Shown: positions 1 through 8,443 of the stretch, one piece after another | Position numbering within the stretch: the stretch's first letter is position 1 | Layout: each line of letters begins with the position of its first letter | DNA from: Candidatus Limnocylindria bacterium | Lineage (GTDB): Bacteria > Chloroflexota > Limnocylindria > P2-11E | Assembly: GCA_036001645.1 (NCBI GenBank) | Contig: DASYUC010000045.1 | Span: forward strand, 14 to 64,013 | Reading direction: 5' to 3' | Length of the DNA: 64,000 nt | Made by a program: the position numbers and the translations under genes | The notes under the pieces: generated by a model | What the model was told of the DNA's origin: nothing | What the model saw: the letters and a program-made list of their open reading frames with translations, nothing else | The model's database searches: none

Positions 1-254
1 TTCCGCTCTCCGTAGCGACGTGAGGCCGCGACGAGGTTCTCGGCGACGCCGGCGAGCAGGAAACCCGCGTTGCGGCCGCTCGCCGCCTCGGCCACGCCGC
101 GTGCCTCGAGCACGACGACCTTCGCGCCCGCGGACGCGAGGAAATACGCGGTCGCAACACCGGCGATGCCGCCGCCCACGACGGCGACGTCTGCCGTTAC
201 ATCGCGATCCAGTGGTGGATAGGAGCGCGAAACTCCGTCGAGCCACAGGCTCAT
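1..254 (-). CDS. FAD-dependent oxidoreductase (DAO/glycine-oxidase-like), N-terminal part; gene continues past the left edge
   Basis: Reverse translation from the ATG at 254 gives MSLWLDGVSRSYPPLDRDVTADVAVVGGGIAGVATAYFLASAGAKVVVLEARG. This is a classic GxGxxG FAD/NAD beta-alpha-beta fold. The ORF is absent from the track because the window edge truncates it. Confidence 0.8.
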   Translation of the reverse strand, partial: MSLWLDGVSRSYPPLDRDVTADVAVVGGGIAGVATAYFLASAGAKVVVLEARGVAEAASGRNAGFLLAGVAENLVAASRRYGER

Positions 255-347
255 CGTTTTGGAGTGTTCCATGTCTGCGTTAGGCTGACGTTCGCTTCCG
301 TTGGGGTAGTCCGGCTGGTGTGAGCTACTGCGTGTTTGAGGTGGGGT

Positions 348-3212
348 ATGGGTCGCCGTTGGTCGTCCGCGGTCCTGGCGTTCTCAGTTGCCGTCGTGGG
401 GCTTCCGTTCGCCGCGACTCCGAGCCTGGGATCCACGAACGGCGTTGTGATCTCGGAGTTCCGTTTTCGCGGTCCCGCGGGCGGCAACGACGAGTTCGTC
501 GAGCTTCTCAACACCTCGGCCGTAGCGGTGGATGTCTCGGGGTGGAAGCTGCAAGGCTGCGCCTCCACGACCGGGCTGGCCTCGGACCGTGTGGCGGTGC
601 CGAGCGGCACCTCGCTCGCCTCTGGCCAGCACTACCTCTTCGTGAACAACAACGCGTCCGGCGGCTACTCCGGCGCCGTCCCGGGCGATCGAACGTATGG
701 CACGGGCTTCACGGACGGTGCCGGGGCGCGCATCGTCGATACGATCGGTGCCGTCGTCGATGGCGTTGGCGGTACCGGTATCGGTGGCACGCAATGCCGT
801 GAGGGGACCGGCATCAGCGGCATGCCCACCGCGAACGGCGACAACTCATACGAGCGCCTCGGCGGAGGATCGCTCGACACTGACAACAACGCGACCGACT
901 TCGCGGGCCCAAAGCCCGGGAATCCGGAGAACCGCTCCAGCACCGGCGACGCCGCACCCGCCGTCTCAGGAACGTCACCCGCAGGCGGGGCAAGCTCCGT
1001 CGCGTTCGACGCGAACGTCGCGATCACGTTCTCGGAGCCGGTCTCGGTGGGTCCGTCGTGGTACGCGATCAGCTGCGGCACCTCTGGGTCGCACGCGGCA
1101 ACGGCGTCGGGCGGGCCGACCGCGTTCACGCTCGATCCGACGACGGACTTCGTAGGCAGCGAGACGTGCACGGTGACCGTGTTCGCCGCGCAGGTCACTG
1201 ATCAGGACGCGAACGACCCGCCGGACAACATGGCGACGGACTTCGTCCTCAGCTTCAGCACGATCGCGCCCGCGACGCGGATCCACACGATCCAAGGCGC
1301 GAGCCATCGCTCGCCACTTGTGGGCACCCTCGTGCTCAACGTACCCGGCATCGTGACGGCGAAGGCCTCAAACGGCTTCTACATCCAGGACCCGACGGCC
1401 GATGCGGACCCGGCGACGTCTGAGGCGCTCTTTGTCTTCACCAGCTCGGCGCCCCTCGTGACCGTGGGTGACGCAGTGAGCGCCAAAGGCACGGTGCAGG
1501 AGTTCCGACCGGGCGGTGCGGCAACGACGAACCTGACAACGACCGAGCTGGGGAACCCCGGCGTCGGGGTCACGGTCCTCTCGAGCGGCAATCCGCTGCC
1601 GCCAACGATCGTCATCGGCGTGGACCGGATCCCGCCGACCGAGGTCATCGAGGATGACGCGACCGGCAGCGTCGAAACGAGCGGCGTCTTCGACCCCTCC
1701 ACCGACGGCATCGACTTCTGGGAGAGCCTCGAAGCGATGCGCCTGCAGCTCAATGACGCCGAGGCCGTCGGCCCGCGCAATAACTTCGGCGAGATCGCGC
1801 TCGTTGCGGCTGGCGCGGGCATCCGCACTACACGCGGCGGCATCGTGATCCGCGCGAACGACTACAACCCCGAGCGCGTGATCATCGACGACGTGCTCAT
1901 GGCAACGCCGTCCGCGAACACCGGAGACAAGTTCGCGGGCGCGACCATCGGCGTCCTCGATTACAGCTTCGGCAACTTCAAGCTGCTCGTGACGTCGCTT
2001 GGCACGCTCACCTCGGGTGGCATCGCTCGCGAAGTGACCACCGCGCCAAGTCCGGGTCAGCTCGCGGTCGCGACATTCAACGTCGAGAACCTCGACCCGA
2101 GCGACGGGACTGCTCAATTCGCGGCGCTCGCTGCCCTCATCGTCAACAACCTGCGATCACCAGACCTCATCGCGCTCGAAGAGATCCAGGACAACAACGG
2201 CGCCGTCAACGACAGTGTCGTCGACGCCTCGGTGACGCTCGCGATGCTTCGCGATGCGGTGGTCGCCGCGGGGGGACCCGCATATGCATGGCGACTCATC
2301 GATCCGGTCGACGACCAGGACGGCGGCGAGCCGGGCGGCAACATCCGCCAGGGGTTCTTCTTCCGCACCGATCGCGGCCTGTCATTCGTTGACCGGCCCG
2401 GTGGCACCTCGACGAGCAGCACCGGCGTCGTCGCGGGACCCGGCGGACCCCAGCTCACGGCGAGCCCGGGCCGCATCGACCCGACGAACCCGGCGTTCAC
2501 CACGAGCCGCAAGCCGCTCGCCGGCGAGTTCCTCTACAACTCACGACGACTCTTCGTGGTCGCGAATCACTTCAACTCGAAGGGTGGCGATCAGCCGCTG
2601 TTCGGCCACCCGCAGCCGCCCGTCCGTAGCAGCGAGGTCCAGCGCGTCCATCAGGCCGAGGTCGTCGCGGACTTTGTTTCACAGATCCTCGCGCTTGACG
2701 ACGATGCGCTCGTCGCGGTGATCGGCGATCTCAATGACTTCGAGTTCTCGCCCGCTCTCAGCACGCTCGAAGCGGCCGGCCTTACGACGCTGATCGAGAC
2801 ACTTCCACAGAGCGAGCGGTACAGCTACGTCTTCGACGGGAACTCGCAGACGCTCGACCACATGCAGGTGAGCGCCGGCCTGCTATCGGCTCTGGTCCAG
2901 TTCGATTCCGTGCACGTCAACGCCGAGTTCGCCGACCAGATCAGTGACCATGATCCCCAGGCTGCGCGCTTCGGTCTCGCGGTCACTACGGGCGCGCTCT
3001 GCGCATTGGTCCGTTTGATGGTGGAAAAGGAGGGCATCGCGAGCGCCCTCTGCGCCAAGCTGGAGGCGGCCGCGGCATCGGAAGCCCGCGACGACGCCCA
3101 TGCCAAGGCGGGCCAGATCGGTGCCTTCATCAACCAGGTGAACGCGCAACGCGGGAAATCGGTCAGCGATGCCGACGCGACGCGGCTCATCGAGCTTGCC
3201 GAGATGCTCTAG
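348..3212 (+). CDS. Secreted ExeM/NucH-type extracellular nuclease: lamin-tail domain (LTD) + Ig-like + endonuclease/exonuclease/phosphatase (EEP) domain
   Basis: A signal-like N-terminus is present. The LTD motif is GVVISEFRFRGPAGGNDEFVELLNTS...VSGWKL. The EEP start is VATFNVENLDP and the EEP end is SDHDPQ. The ATG at 348 is preceded by GAGGTGGGG, whereas the track ORF starts at a TTG at 336. Confidence 0.85.
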   Translation: MGRRWSSAVLAFSVAVVGLPFAATPSLGSTNGVVISEFRFRGPAGGNDEFVELLNTSAVAVDVSGWKLQGCASTTGLASDRVAVPSGTSLASGQHYLFVNNNASGGYSGAVPGDRTYGTGFTDGAGARIVDTIGAVVDGVGGTGIGGTQCREGTGISGMPTANGDNSYERLGGGSLDTDNNATDFAGPKPGNPENRSSTGDAAPAVSGTSPAGGASSVAFDANVAITFSEPVSVGPSWYAISCGTSGSHAATASGGPTAFTLDPTTDFVGSETCTVTVFAAQVTDQDANDPPDNMATDFVLSFSTIAPATRIHTIQGASHRSPLVGTLVLNVPGIVTAKASNGFYIQDPTADADPATSEALFVFTSSAPLVTVGDAVSAKGTVQEFRPGGAATTNLTTTELGNPGVGVTVLSSGNPLPPTIVIGVDRIPPTEVIEDDATGSVETSGVFDPSTDGIDFWESLEAMRLQLNDAEAVGPRNNFGEIALVAAGAGIRTTRGGIVIRANDYNPERVIIDDVLMATPSANTGDKFAGATIGVLDYSFGNFKLLVTSLGTLTSGGIAREVTTAPSPGQLAVATFNVENLDPSDGTAQFAALAALIVNNLRSPDLIALEEIQDNNGAVNDSVVDASVTLAMLRDAVVAAGGPAYAWRLIDPVDDQDGGEPGGNIRQGFFFRTDRGLSFVDRPGGTSTSSTGVVAGPGGPQLTASPGRIDPTNPAFTTSRKPLAGEFLYNSRRLFVVANHFNSKGGDQPLFGHPQPPVRSSEVQRVHQAEVVADFVSQILALDDDALVAVIGDLNDFEFSPALSTLEAAGLTTLIETLPQSERYSYVFDGNSQTLDHMQVSAGLLSALVQFDSVHVNAEFADQISDHDPQAARFGLAVTTGALCALVRLMVEKEGIASALCAKLEAAAASEARDDAHAKAGQIGAFINQVNAQRGKSVSDADATRLIELAEML

Positions 3213-3649
3213 CCCGACGAGACTTTCGACTGGCAATACGCGTACAGGGCGTCGAGGATCGGCCTCGACGCCCTTCGCTGTTCCTGGTCGTTCGGGTGAT
3301 GCATCGCGCGGACGCCGTCGAGCAGCGCTTCGACGCCGCGTGACTCCGGCGTCAGATCCTTGTCGTCCGTGTCGGCGCCGCGGATGACCTTCGCCATGTA
3401 GGTCATCGCCGGATCCCGGTCGAGTCCGTAGCGATGCACGAACGCGTCGAAGCTGCACTCGGCGCCGTGATGGCCGAGTTCGGCCTCCTTGATGTCGTAT
3501 GGCGTTGCGCCAACGCGCTTGGCCTCGGCCGCGACCGCGTCGCTCGCGACGTACAGGAACTCCGCGTCCTTGTCGACGAAGCGCTCGATCAGCCAGGGAC
3601 ATGCGACACGGTCGACACGCGGATGCTCGCGCGTGATCCAGCGGGCCAT
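3209..3649 (-). CDS. ChrB-like (chromate-resistance family) domain protein
   Basis: The N-terminus MARWITREHPRVDRVACPWLIERFVDKDAEFLYV matches my memory of the ChrB C-terminal domain family. Its stop overlaps the nuclease stop (CTAG). No chrA is nearby. Confidence 0.65.
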   Translation of the reverse strand: MARWITREHPRVDRVACPWLIERFVDKDAEFLYVASDAVAAEAKRVGATPYDIKEAELGHHGAECSFDAFVHRYGLDRDPAMTYMAKVIRGADTDDKDLTPESRGVEALLDGVRAMHHPNDQEQRRASRPILDALYAYCQSKVSSG

Positions 3650-3705
3650 CGCTCAGATGCTAAGCGCGTCGCTGGATGCATCCGCCGCGCCCCGACGAAC
3701 GTAGG

Positions 3706-4089
3706 ATGATGGTGACCCCGCGCTGGACCTTCCGCGCCGCCGCGTGCCTGATCCTGCTCGCCGTCGCCGCCTGCGGCAGCGCGACGGCGGCACCGACCCT
3801 TCGGCCGAACGAAGTCCAGGTCATCGAGCCGGTGGGCAAGGAAGCGGATTGGACATATGCGCCGAAGGAGCTGCGCGTGGCCGCGGGGACCACGGTCACC
3901 TTCGTGAACCGGGGCAAGGAGTTCCACACCGTGACCTCGAGTGACGAGGGTCGGCCGTTCGATGTCGGACTCGATAGCGGCAAGAGCGCGACCCTGAGAT
4001 TCGATAAGGTGGGCGTGTTCGCGTATCACTGCGGCGTCCATCCGCAGATGACGGGAGTCGTGCGTGTTTGTGACGGTGCCTGCACCTAG
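3706..4089 (+). CDS. Cupredoxin (plastocyanin/amicyanin-like type-1 copper) lipoprotein
   Basis: A lipobox LLAVAAC is present. The copper ligand pattern is His in FHTVTS plus YHCGVHPQM (Cys, His, Met). The start is taken at the internal ATG ATG after an AGGA; the track ORF begins at 3676. Confidence 0.8.
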   Translation: MMVTPRWTFRAAACLILLAVAACGSATAAPTLRPNEVQVIEPVGKEADWTYAPKELRVAAGTTVTFVNRGKEFHTVTSSDEGRPFDVGLDSGKSATLRFDKVGVFAYHCGVHPQMTGVVRVCDGACT

Positions 4090-4765
4090 CCGCGTCGCCG
4101 CCCTCGCGATCATTCTTCTGACAGCGTGCAGCGGGGCCGCGGCGCCGGCGACGGTACAAAACAACGTGCCGACGGCAACACCGACCGCGACAGCGGTGGT
4201 GACGACCGCACCGCAGGCGAACGCGATCACGTGGACGGTCGACGGCACCTCGAAGGCGACGATCCGTGTCCGCGAGCAGCTCGCGCGCCTGCCCGCGCCG
4301 AATGACGCGATCATCACCATCACCGGGGCGGAGGGCGGCTTCACGCTCAATCCCGACGGGACGTTCGCATCTGGCTCGAAGATCAGCCTCGACATGACGA
4401 CGGTCACGACCGATGACCGTCAGCGCACCGATTCGATCAAGCGCGACCCGCTCGAGATCACGCGGTTCCGCACGTCGGAGCTCGCGCCGACAAAGGCCAC
4501 CGGTCTGACGCTGCCACTCGCGCGGTCCGGCGACTTCACCTTCCAGCTGACCGGTGACCTCACGCTGCACGGCGTGACGAAGTCGGTGACCTTCGACGTG
4601 AAGGCGACCCGCGCCAATGGACGGCTCACGGCCACCGCGACCGCCAATCCCAGCTGGAAGTTCGGCGACTTCGGGATGGAACCGCCCAGCTCGTTCTCCG
4701 TCCTCTCGATCGTCGACGAGATCCGGATGGAGTTCGCGCTGGTCGCGAACGAGGCTAGGGCCTAG
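4064..4765 (+). CDS. YceI-like family lipoprotein
   Basis: A lipobox ILLTAC is present. YceI-like motifs include ATIRVREQL...GGFTL, then TDDRQRTDSIKRD, then FQLTGDLTLHGVTKSVTF. The start is ambiguous (GTG at 4064, 4070 or 4076) and overlaps the cupredoxin 3' end. Confidence 0.8.
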   Translation: MFVTVPAPSRVAALAIILLTACSGAAAPATVQNNVPTATPTATAVVTTAPQANAITWTVDGTSKATIRVREQLARLPAPNDAIITITGAEGGFTLNPDGTFASGSKISLDMTTVTTDDRQRTDSIKRDPLEITRFRTSELAPTKATGLTLPLARSGDFTFQLTGDLTLHGVTKSVTFDVKATRANGRLTATATANPSWKFGDFGMEPPSSFSVLSIVDEIRMEFALVANEARA

Positions 4766-5456
4766 CGGGCGTCGCGACCTCCGGCGAAGCGAAGAGATAG
4801 CGGAGCGAGACGCCCCCGATCGCGGCGCCGAGGAGCGGGCCGACCCAGTAGACGTACCAGTTGTCGAAGAACACCGCTGGGATCGCGGTGGCGACGTGGC
4901 GCGCGGGATTCATCGCCGCCCCCGTGAGCGGCCCGCCCATCAGGATGTCGGTCGCGACGGTGAGGCCGATACCAAAGCCGGCGATCCGCGGCGCGAGCGG
5001 CGAGACCGCGGTGCCGTAGACCGCCCACACCAGGAAGATCGTGAGGACCGCCTCGACACCGATGCCGACCGGGACGCTCACGCCGTTCGCGAGCGCCGGC
5101 GTCCCGAGGTGCGTCTTGTCGATCGCGACGAGCGCGAAGTCGAACACACCGCGCAGCGCGAAGCCGGCGAGCAGACCACCAGCGAGCTGCGCGATCCAAT
5201 ACGTGGGCACGCGAGACCACGGATGCCGGCCTGCGATCGCGAGGGCGAACGTTACCGCGGGATTGAAGTGACCGCCGGACAGTGATCCGAACGCCGACAC
5301 CGCCACGGCGAGCGTGATGCCATGCGCGAGCGCGATCGCTCCGAGTCCGCCGCCGCTGCCGTTGGCGTCGGCGATGATGGCTCCGGCTCCGATGAAGAAG
5401 AACCAGAACGTGCCCGCGGCTTCCGCCAGCAGGGCGCGGGTGTGCTGACTCATCAT
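4755..5456 (-). CDS. MIP/aquaporin family channel
   Basis: Two NPA boxes are present (GGHFNPAVT and AAMNPARH) with six hydrophobic segments. The true start is the internal MMSQHTRALLAEAAGTFWF at 5456. The 83 upstream codons in the track ORF are Arg/Ser-rich junk. Confidence 0.9.
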   Translation of the reverse strand: MMSQHTRALLAEAAGTFWFFFIGAGAIIADANGSGGGLGAIALAHGITLAVAVSAFGSLSGGHFNPAVTFALAIAGRHPWSRVPTYWIAQLAGGLLAGFALRGVFDFALVAIDKTHLGTPALANGVSVPVGIGVEAVLTIFLVWAVYGTAVSPLAPRIAGFGIGLTVATDILMGGPLTGAAMNPARHVATAIPAVFFDNWYVYWVGPLLGAAIGGVSLRYLFASPEVATPARP

Positions 5457-5493
5457 GCGTCCCTCCGCCAACTCAGTCCGGTATTGTCCACGC

Positions 5494-5970
5494 GTGGCCG
5501 ATTTCCGTCCCGTCGAGGCAGCGAAGGCGCGCATCCTGAGCATCCGGCCCGCGCCCGCGGACACGCCGATCGAGGACGCGAACGCGGAGTGGATCGAGGT
5601 CCAGACCACGCTCGATAGCGACCTCGCGAACTGGCGCCTCCAGCACCTGCGGGCGCTCTGGCGCGAGGAGGTATCGAAGCCTGTGGAGTGGGATTGGGTG
5701 TACACGTGGGGCTCGCCGGCATTCGTGCGCGAAGGGGAGATCTACCGGATCCACTCGGGCTCGCGTGTGCGCGCCGCGACGCACCCGCTCGCCGACGATC
5801 TCGTGCCCGGTCGAAAGCACGTGTACGTCGCCGGCCCTATCGCCGCCGCGCGTCTGCAGTGGCGGCGCGGCGACTACGCGCGCCTGGTCGACGCGTTCGG
5901 GACCGTCATCGACGAGATCGTGGTGTGGCCGGCCGAGGCCGCGCCTTCGCCCTCGCCTTCACCCCGCTAG
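5494..5970 (+). CDS. Hypothetical protein with lamin-tail-domain-like (LTD) pattern, no signal peptide
   Basis: The LTD-like pattern reads NAEWIEVQTT..DLANWRL...GEIYRIHSG...WRRGDYARLVDAFGTVIDEI. The start is uncertain. The ATG at 5455 would overlap the divergent aquaporin start, so the GTG at 5494 is preferred. Confidence 0.5.
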   Translation: MADFRPVEAAKARILSIRPAPADTPIEDANAEWIEVQTTLDSDLANWRLQHLRALWREEVSKPVEWDWVYTWGSPAFVREGEIYRIHSGSRVRAATHPLADDLVPGRKHVYVAGPIAAARLQWRRGDYARLVDAFGTVIDEIVVWPAEAAPSPSPSPR

Positions 5971-7111
5971 CCCGCGGTTTCGCTTTCGCCCGTGCCCTCC
6001 GTGCCGGGCGGTATTGCTTCGTCTGCACGGCGATCTTGCGGATGAGCTTCTCGAGCACCGTGACGCCGATGCCCGGGCCGGTCGGCACGAGCATGGTGCC
6101 GTCCTGCCGGACGGTGAAGGGCTCGCCGATGATCTCCGTCGCGAAATAGCGTTCCGACGCCGACACGTCGCCGGGCAGGCTGAAATTCGGCAGCGATGCG
6201 AGATGCACGTTGTGCGCGCGGCCGATACCCATCTCGAGCATGCCGCCGCACCACACCGGAACGCGGCCCTCGCGGCAGACGTCGTGGATGCGCCGCGCCG
6301 ACGTCAGACCGCCGACACGGCCGGCCTTGATGTTCACGATCTTCGTCGCGCCGAGCTCGATCGCCTTGCGCGCGTCGTCGCCGGTGTGTATCGACTCGTC
6401 CAGACAGATGGGCGTTTTGATCTCTCGCTGCAGCGTGGCGTGGTCGACGATGTCGTCGTGCGCGAGTGGCTGCTCGATCATCGTCGGCGTGTACGCGTCG
6501 ATGCGCTTGAAGAGCGGCGCGTCCGCGAGGGTGTACGCCGAGTTCGCATCGAGCATGAACGGCAGGTCGGCAAACTCGCTGCGGATCGCCTCCGCGACGG
6601 AGCCGTCCCAGCCGGGCTTGATCTTGACCTTCACGCGCTGGTAGCCCGCTGCGAGCTCGCGCTTGATCGTCTCGAGCAGGTCGTCGATCGACGGCTGGAT
6701 GCCGATCGCGACGCCGCAGAGGATTCGGTCGCGCGTGCCTCCGAGCAGCTTTGACAGCGACCGGCCGTCGCGCTTGGCGAAGAGATCCCAGATCGCCATC
6801 TCGAGCGTCGCCTTCGCCATGCGGTGCTCGCGGATCCAGGAAAGGATGCGTTCGGTGTCCTCGGGCTGGTGAAGGTCGGCCGCGAGCAGCGCGGGGATCA
6901 TGATCTCGTCGAGGGCGTACCAGACGGTCTTCGGGGTCTCACCCGAGTACCACGGCAGCTCCGGCGCGACGCTCTCACCCCAACCGACGGTGCCTTCCGA
7001 TTCCACGCGCGCGATGACGCGCGTCTGGTGCGTCTCGCGCGAGCCGCTCGTCTCGTACGCGCGCTTCAGCGGAAGGCGCAGCACGAAGAGCTCGACGCGC
7101 TCAATCTTCAT
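5906..7111 (-). CDS. Enolase-superfamily o-succinylbenzoate synthase / N-acyl(succinyl)amino-acid racemase family enzyme
   Basis: The sequence runs MKIERVELFVLRLPLKRAYETS...KVKIKPGWD...MLDANSAY...IEQPL..DD...LDES...NIK..RVGG. This is the MR/MLE metal-ligand pattern. The start is an internal ATG at 7111. There is an unusual ~35-aa Arg/Lys/Ala/Pro tail. Confidence 0.85.
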   Translation of the reverse strand: MKIERVELFVLRLPLKRAYETSGSRETHQTRVIARVESEGTVGWGESVAPELPWYSGETPKTVWYALDEIMIPALLAADLHQPEDTERILSWIREHRMAKATLEMAIWDLFAKRDGRSLSKLLGGTRDRILCGVAIGIQPSIDDLLETIKRELAAGYQRVKVKIKPGWDGSVAEAIRSEFADLPFMLDANSAYTLADAPLFKRIDAYTPTMIEQPLAHDDIVDHATLQREIKTPICLDESIHTGDDARKAIELGATKIVNIKAGRVGGLTSARRIHDVCREGRVPVWCGGMLEMGIGRAHNVHLASLPNFSLPGDVSASERYFATEIIGEPFTVRQDGTMLVPTGPGIGVTVLEKLIRKIAVQTKQYRPARRARAKAKPRASGVKARAKARPRPATPRSRR

Positions 7112-7949
7112 CGGTGTCGACCACTCCTTCGCGCCGCGGCTGCGGGACAAGAAGGTACGCGCCGCGACCGTTCGCCGCGCGCAGGAACTCGACCGCCGCA
7201 TAGCCGCGTGCGAATGCGGCCTCGATCGCCTCGCGTACCGCGAGGCGCCACGCGAGCGCGGTGTTCCCGTCGCGCGCCTTCAGGTCCTGGAAGTTGGCGG
7301 GTATCTCCAACAGGAGATGCGTCTGGGCTCCCGCGGGCGTGACCTTTCCCGGCCGCTCGCCGTCGGCACGCAGCGTGTACGCGATGCCCTCGCGCTCGGC
7401 ATCCTCGAGCGGCGGTGGCTTGTCGTCGCCCCGGAGGCGTTTGTACGTCCGGTCGTGGCCGATCGGCCATTCGACGTAGATGCGGTCGGATGGCAGGCCG
7501 GCGTTCAGCTTGTCGGGCATCGGACCGTAGAAGTCGCGGTGGTACTCGCGCGTGAACGCGCCGAGCTTGGCGAAGTTGAAAGTCGCATTGCGCGCCTCGA
7601 GCGGATCCATCGTCCAGCCGATGACCTCGATGCCCTGGTCGAGGCAGTGATCGCGCTGGGCTTCCTTGAGCGCCTTCGCCAGGCCGCTGCCGCGGTACCG
7701 CTCGCGCACGGCGAGCATGTGGGAGTGATGACGGAAGTGATAGTCGTAGATGCCGACGAACCCGAAGACGAAGCCGGCGGGACGCTCATCGCCGTCGGCG
7801 TAGCCGAGAGCGACGAAGCCACCGTTATGCGTGACCGCCAGGAGCAGCTGTGGCGGGACGACCACGTCGCCGCTCCACACTTCCTCCTGGATCGGCACCG
7901 TTGCCGTGCAGGCGCCGATATCGCGCGCGGTCTCGATCCGGAACGACAC
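7101..7949 (-). CDS. GNAT-superfamily acyltransferase (COG3375-like), upstream partner of the racemase-family gene
   Basis: The acyl-CoA binding core is LAVRERYRGSGLAKALKEAQRDH. The gene overlaps the downstream enolase-superfamily gene by 11 nt on the same strand. Confidence 0.7.
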   Translation of the reverse strand: MSFRIETARDIGACTATVPIQEEVWSGDVVVPPQLLLAVTHNGGFVALGYADGDERPAGFVFGFVGIYDYHFRHHSHMLAVRERYRGSGLAKALKEAQRDHCLDQGIEVIGWTMDPLEARNATFNFAKLGAFTREYHRDFYGPMPDKLNAGLPSDRIYVEWPIGHDRTYKRLRGDDKPPPLEDAEREGIAYTLRADGERPGKVTPAGAQTHLLLEIPANFQDLKARDGNTALAWRLAVREAIEAAFARGYAAVEFLRAANGRGAYLLVPQPRREGVVDTDED

Positions 7950-7989
7950 AGGTGCGAAGTATCTCGCGGACCATTACCATCCCGCCGTC

Positions 7990-8430
7990 ATGCCGGTCAG
8001 CACCGAATTCCTCAAGAAAGTCTCCTGGTTCGAGGACCTTGACCAGAAGTCGCTCGATGCCATCGCGAACGCGGCCGTCGAGCAGCGCTACCAGCCGGGG
8101 CAGGAGATCGTGCGCCAGGGCGACACCGGTGTCGGCGCATTCATCATCCGTTCCGGCAAGGTGGACATCGTCCAGGAGAAGGACGGCAAAGAGGTCAAGC
8201 TGGCGACGCTCGGCCCCGGCGACGTCTTCGGGGAGATGGCGCTCCTCGACGAGTTCCCCCGTTCGGCGAGCGCGCGCGCTGTCGAGCCGACCACCGCGCT
8301 CGGCATCCAGCGCTGGCACTTCCGCGGCATCCTCGAGAGCCATCCGCAGATCGCCCTGGCCCTTCTGCCCATCCTGACTCGGCGCATCCGGAACGCGGAG
8401 AGCCAGCACCCGGTGGTCGCGCGGCACTAG
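7990..8430 (+). CDS. Stand-alone cyclic-nucleotide-binding (cNMP) domain protein
   Basis: cNMP motifs are QGDTGVGAFIIRSGKV...GPGDVFGEMALLDEFPRSASARA. The start is an internal ATG (MPVSTEFLKKVSWFEDL); the track ORF begins at 7831. Confidence 0.85.
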   Translation: MPVSTEFLKKVSWFEDLDQKSLDAIANAAVEQRYQPGQEIVRQGDTGVGAFIIRSGKVDIVQEKDGKEVKLATLGPGDVFGEMALLDEFPRSASARAVEPTTALGIQRWHFRGILESHPQIALALLPILTRRIRNAESQHPVVARH

Positions 8431-8443
8431 ACCCCGCGAGATC

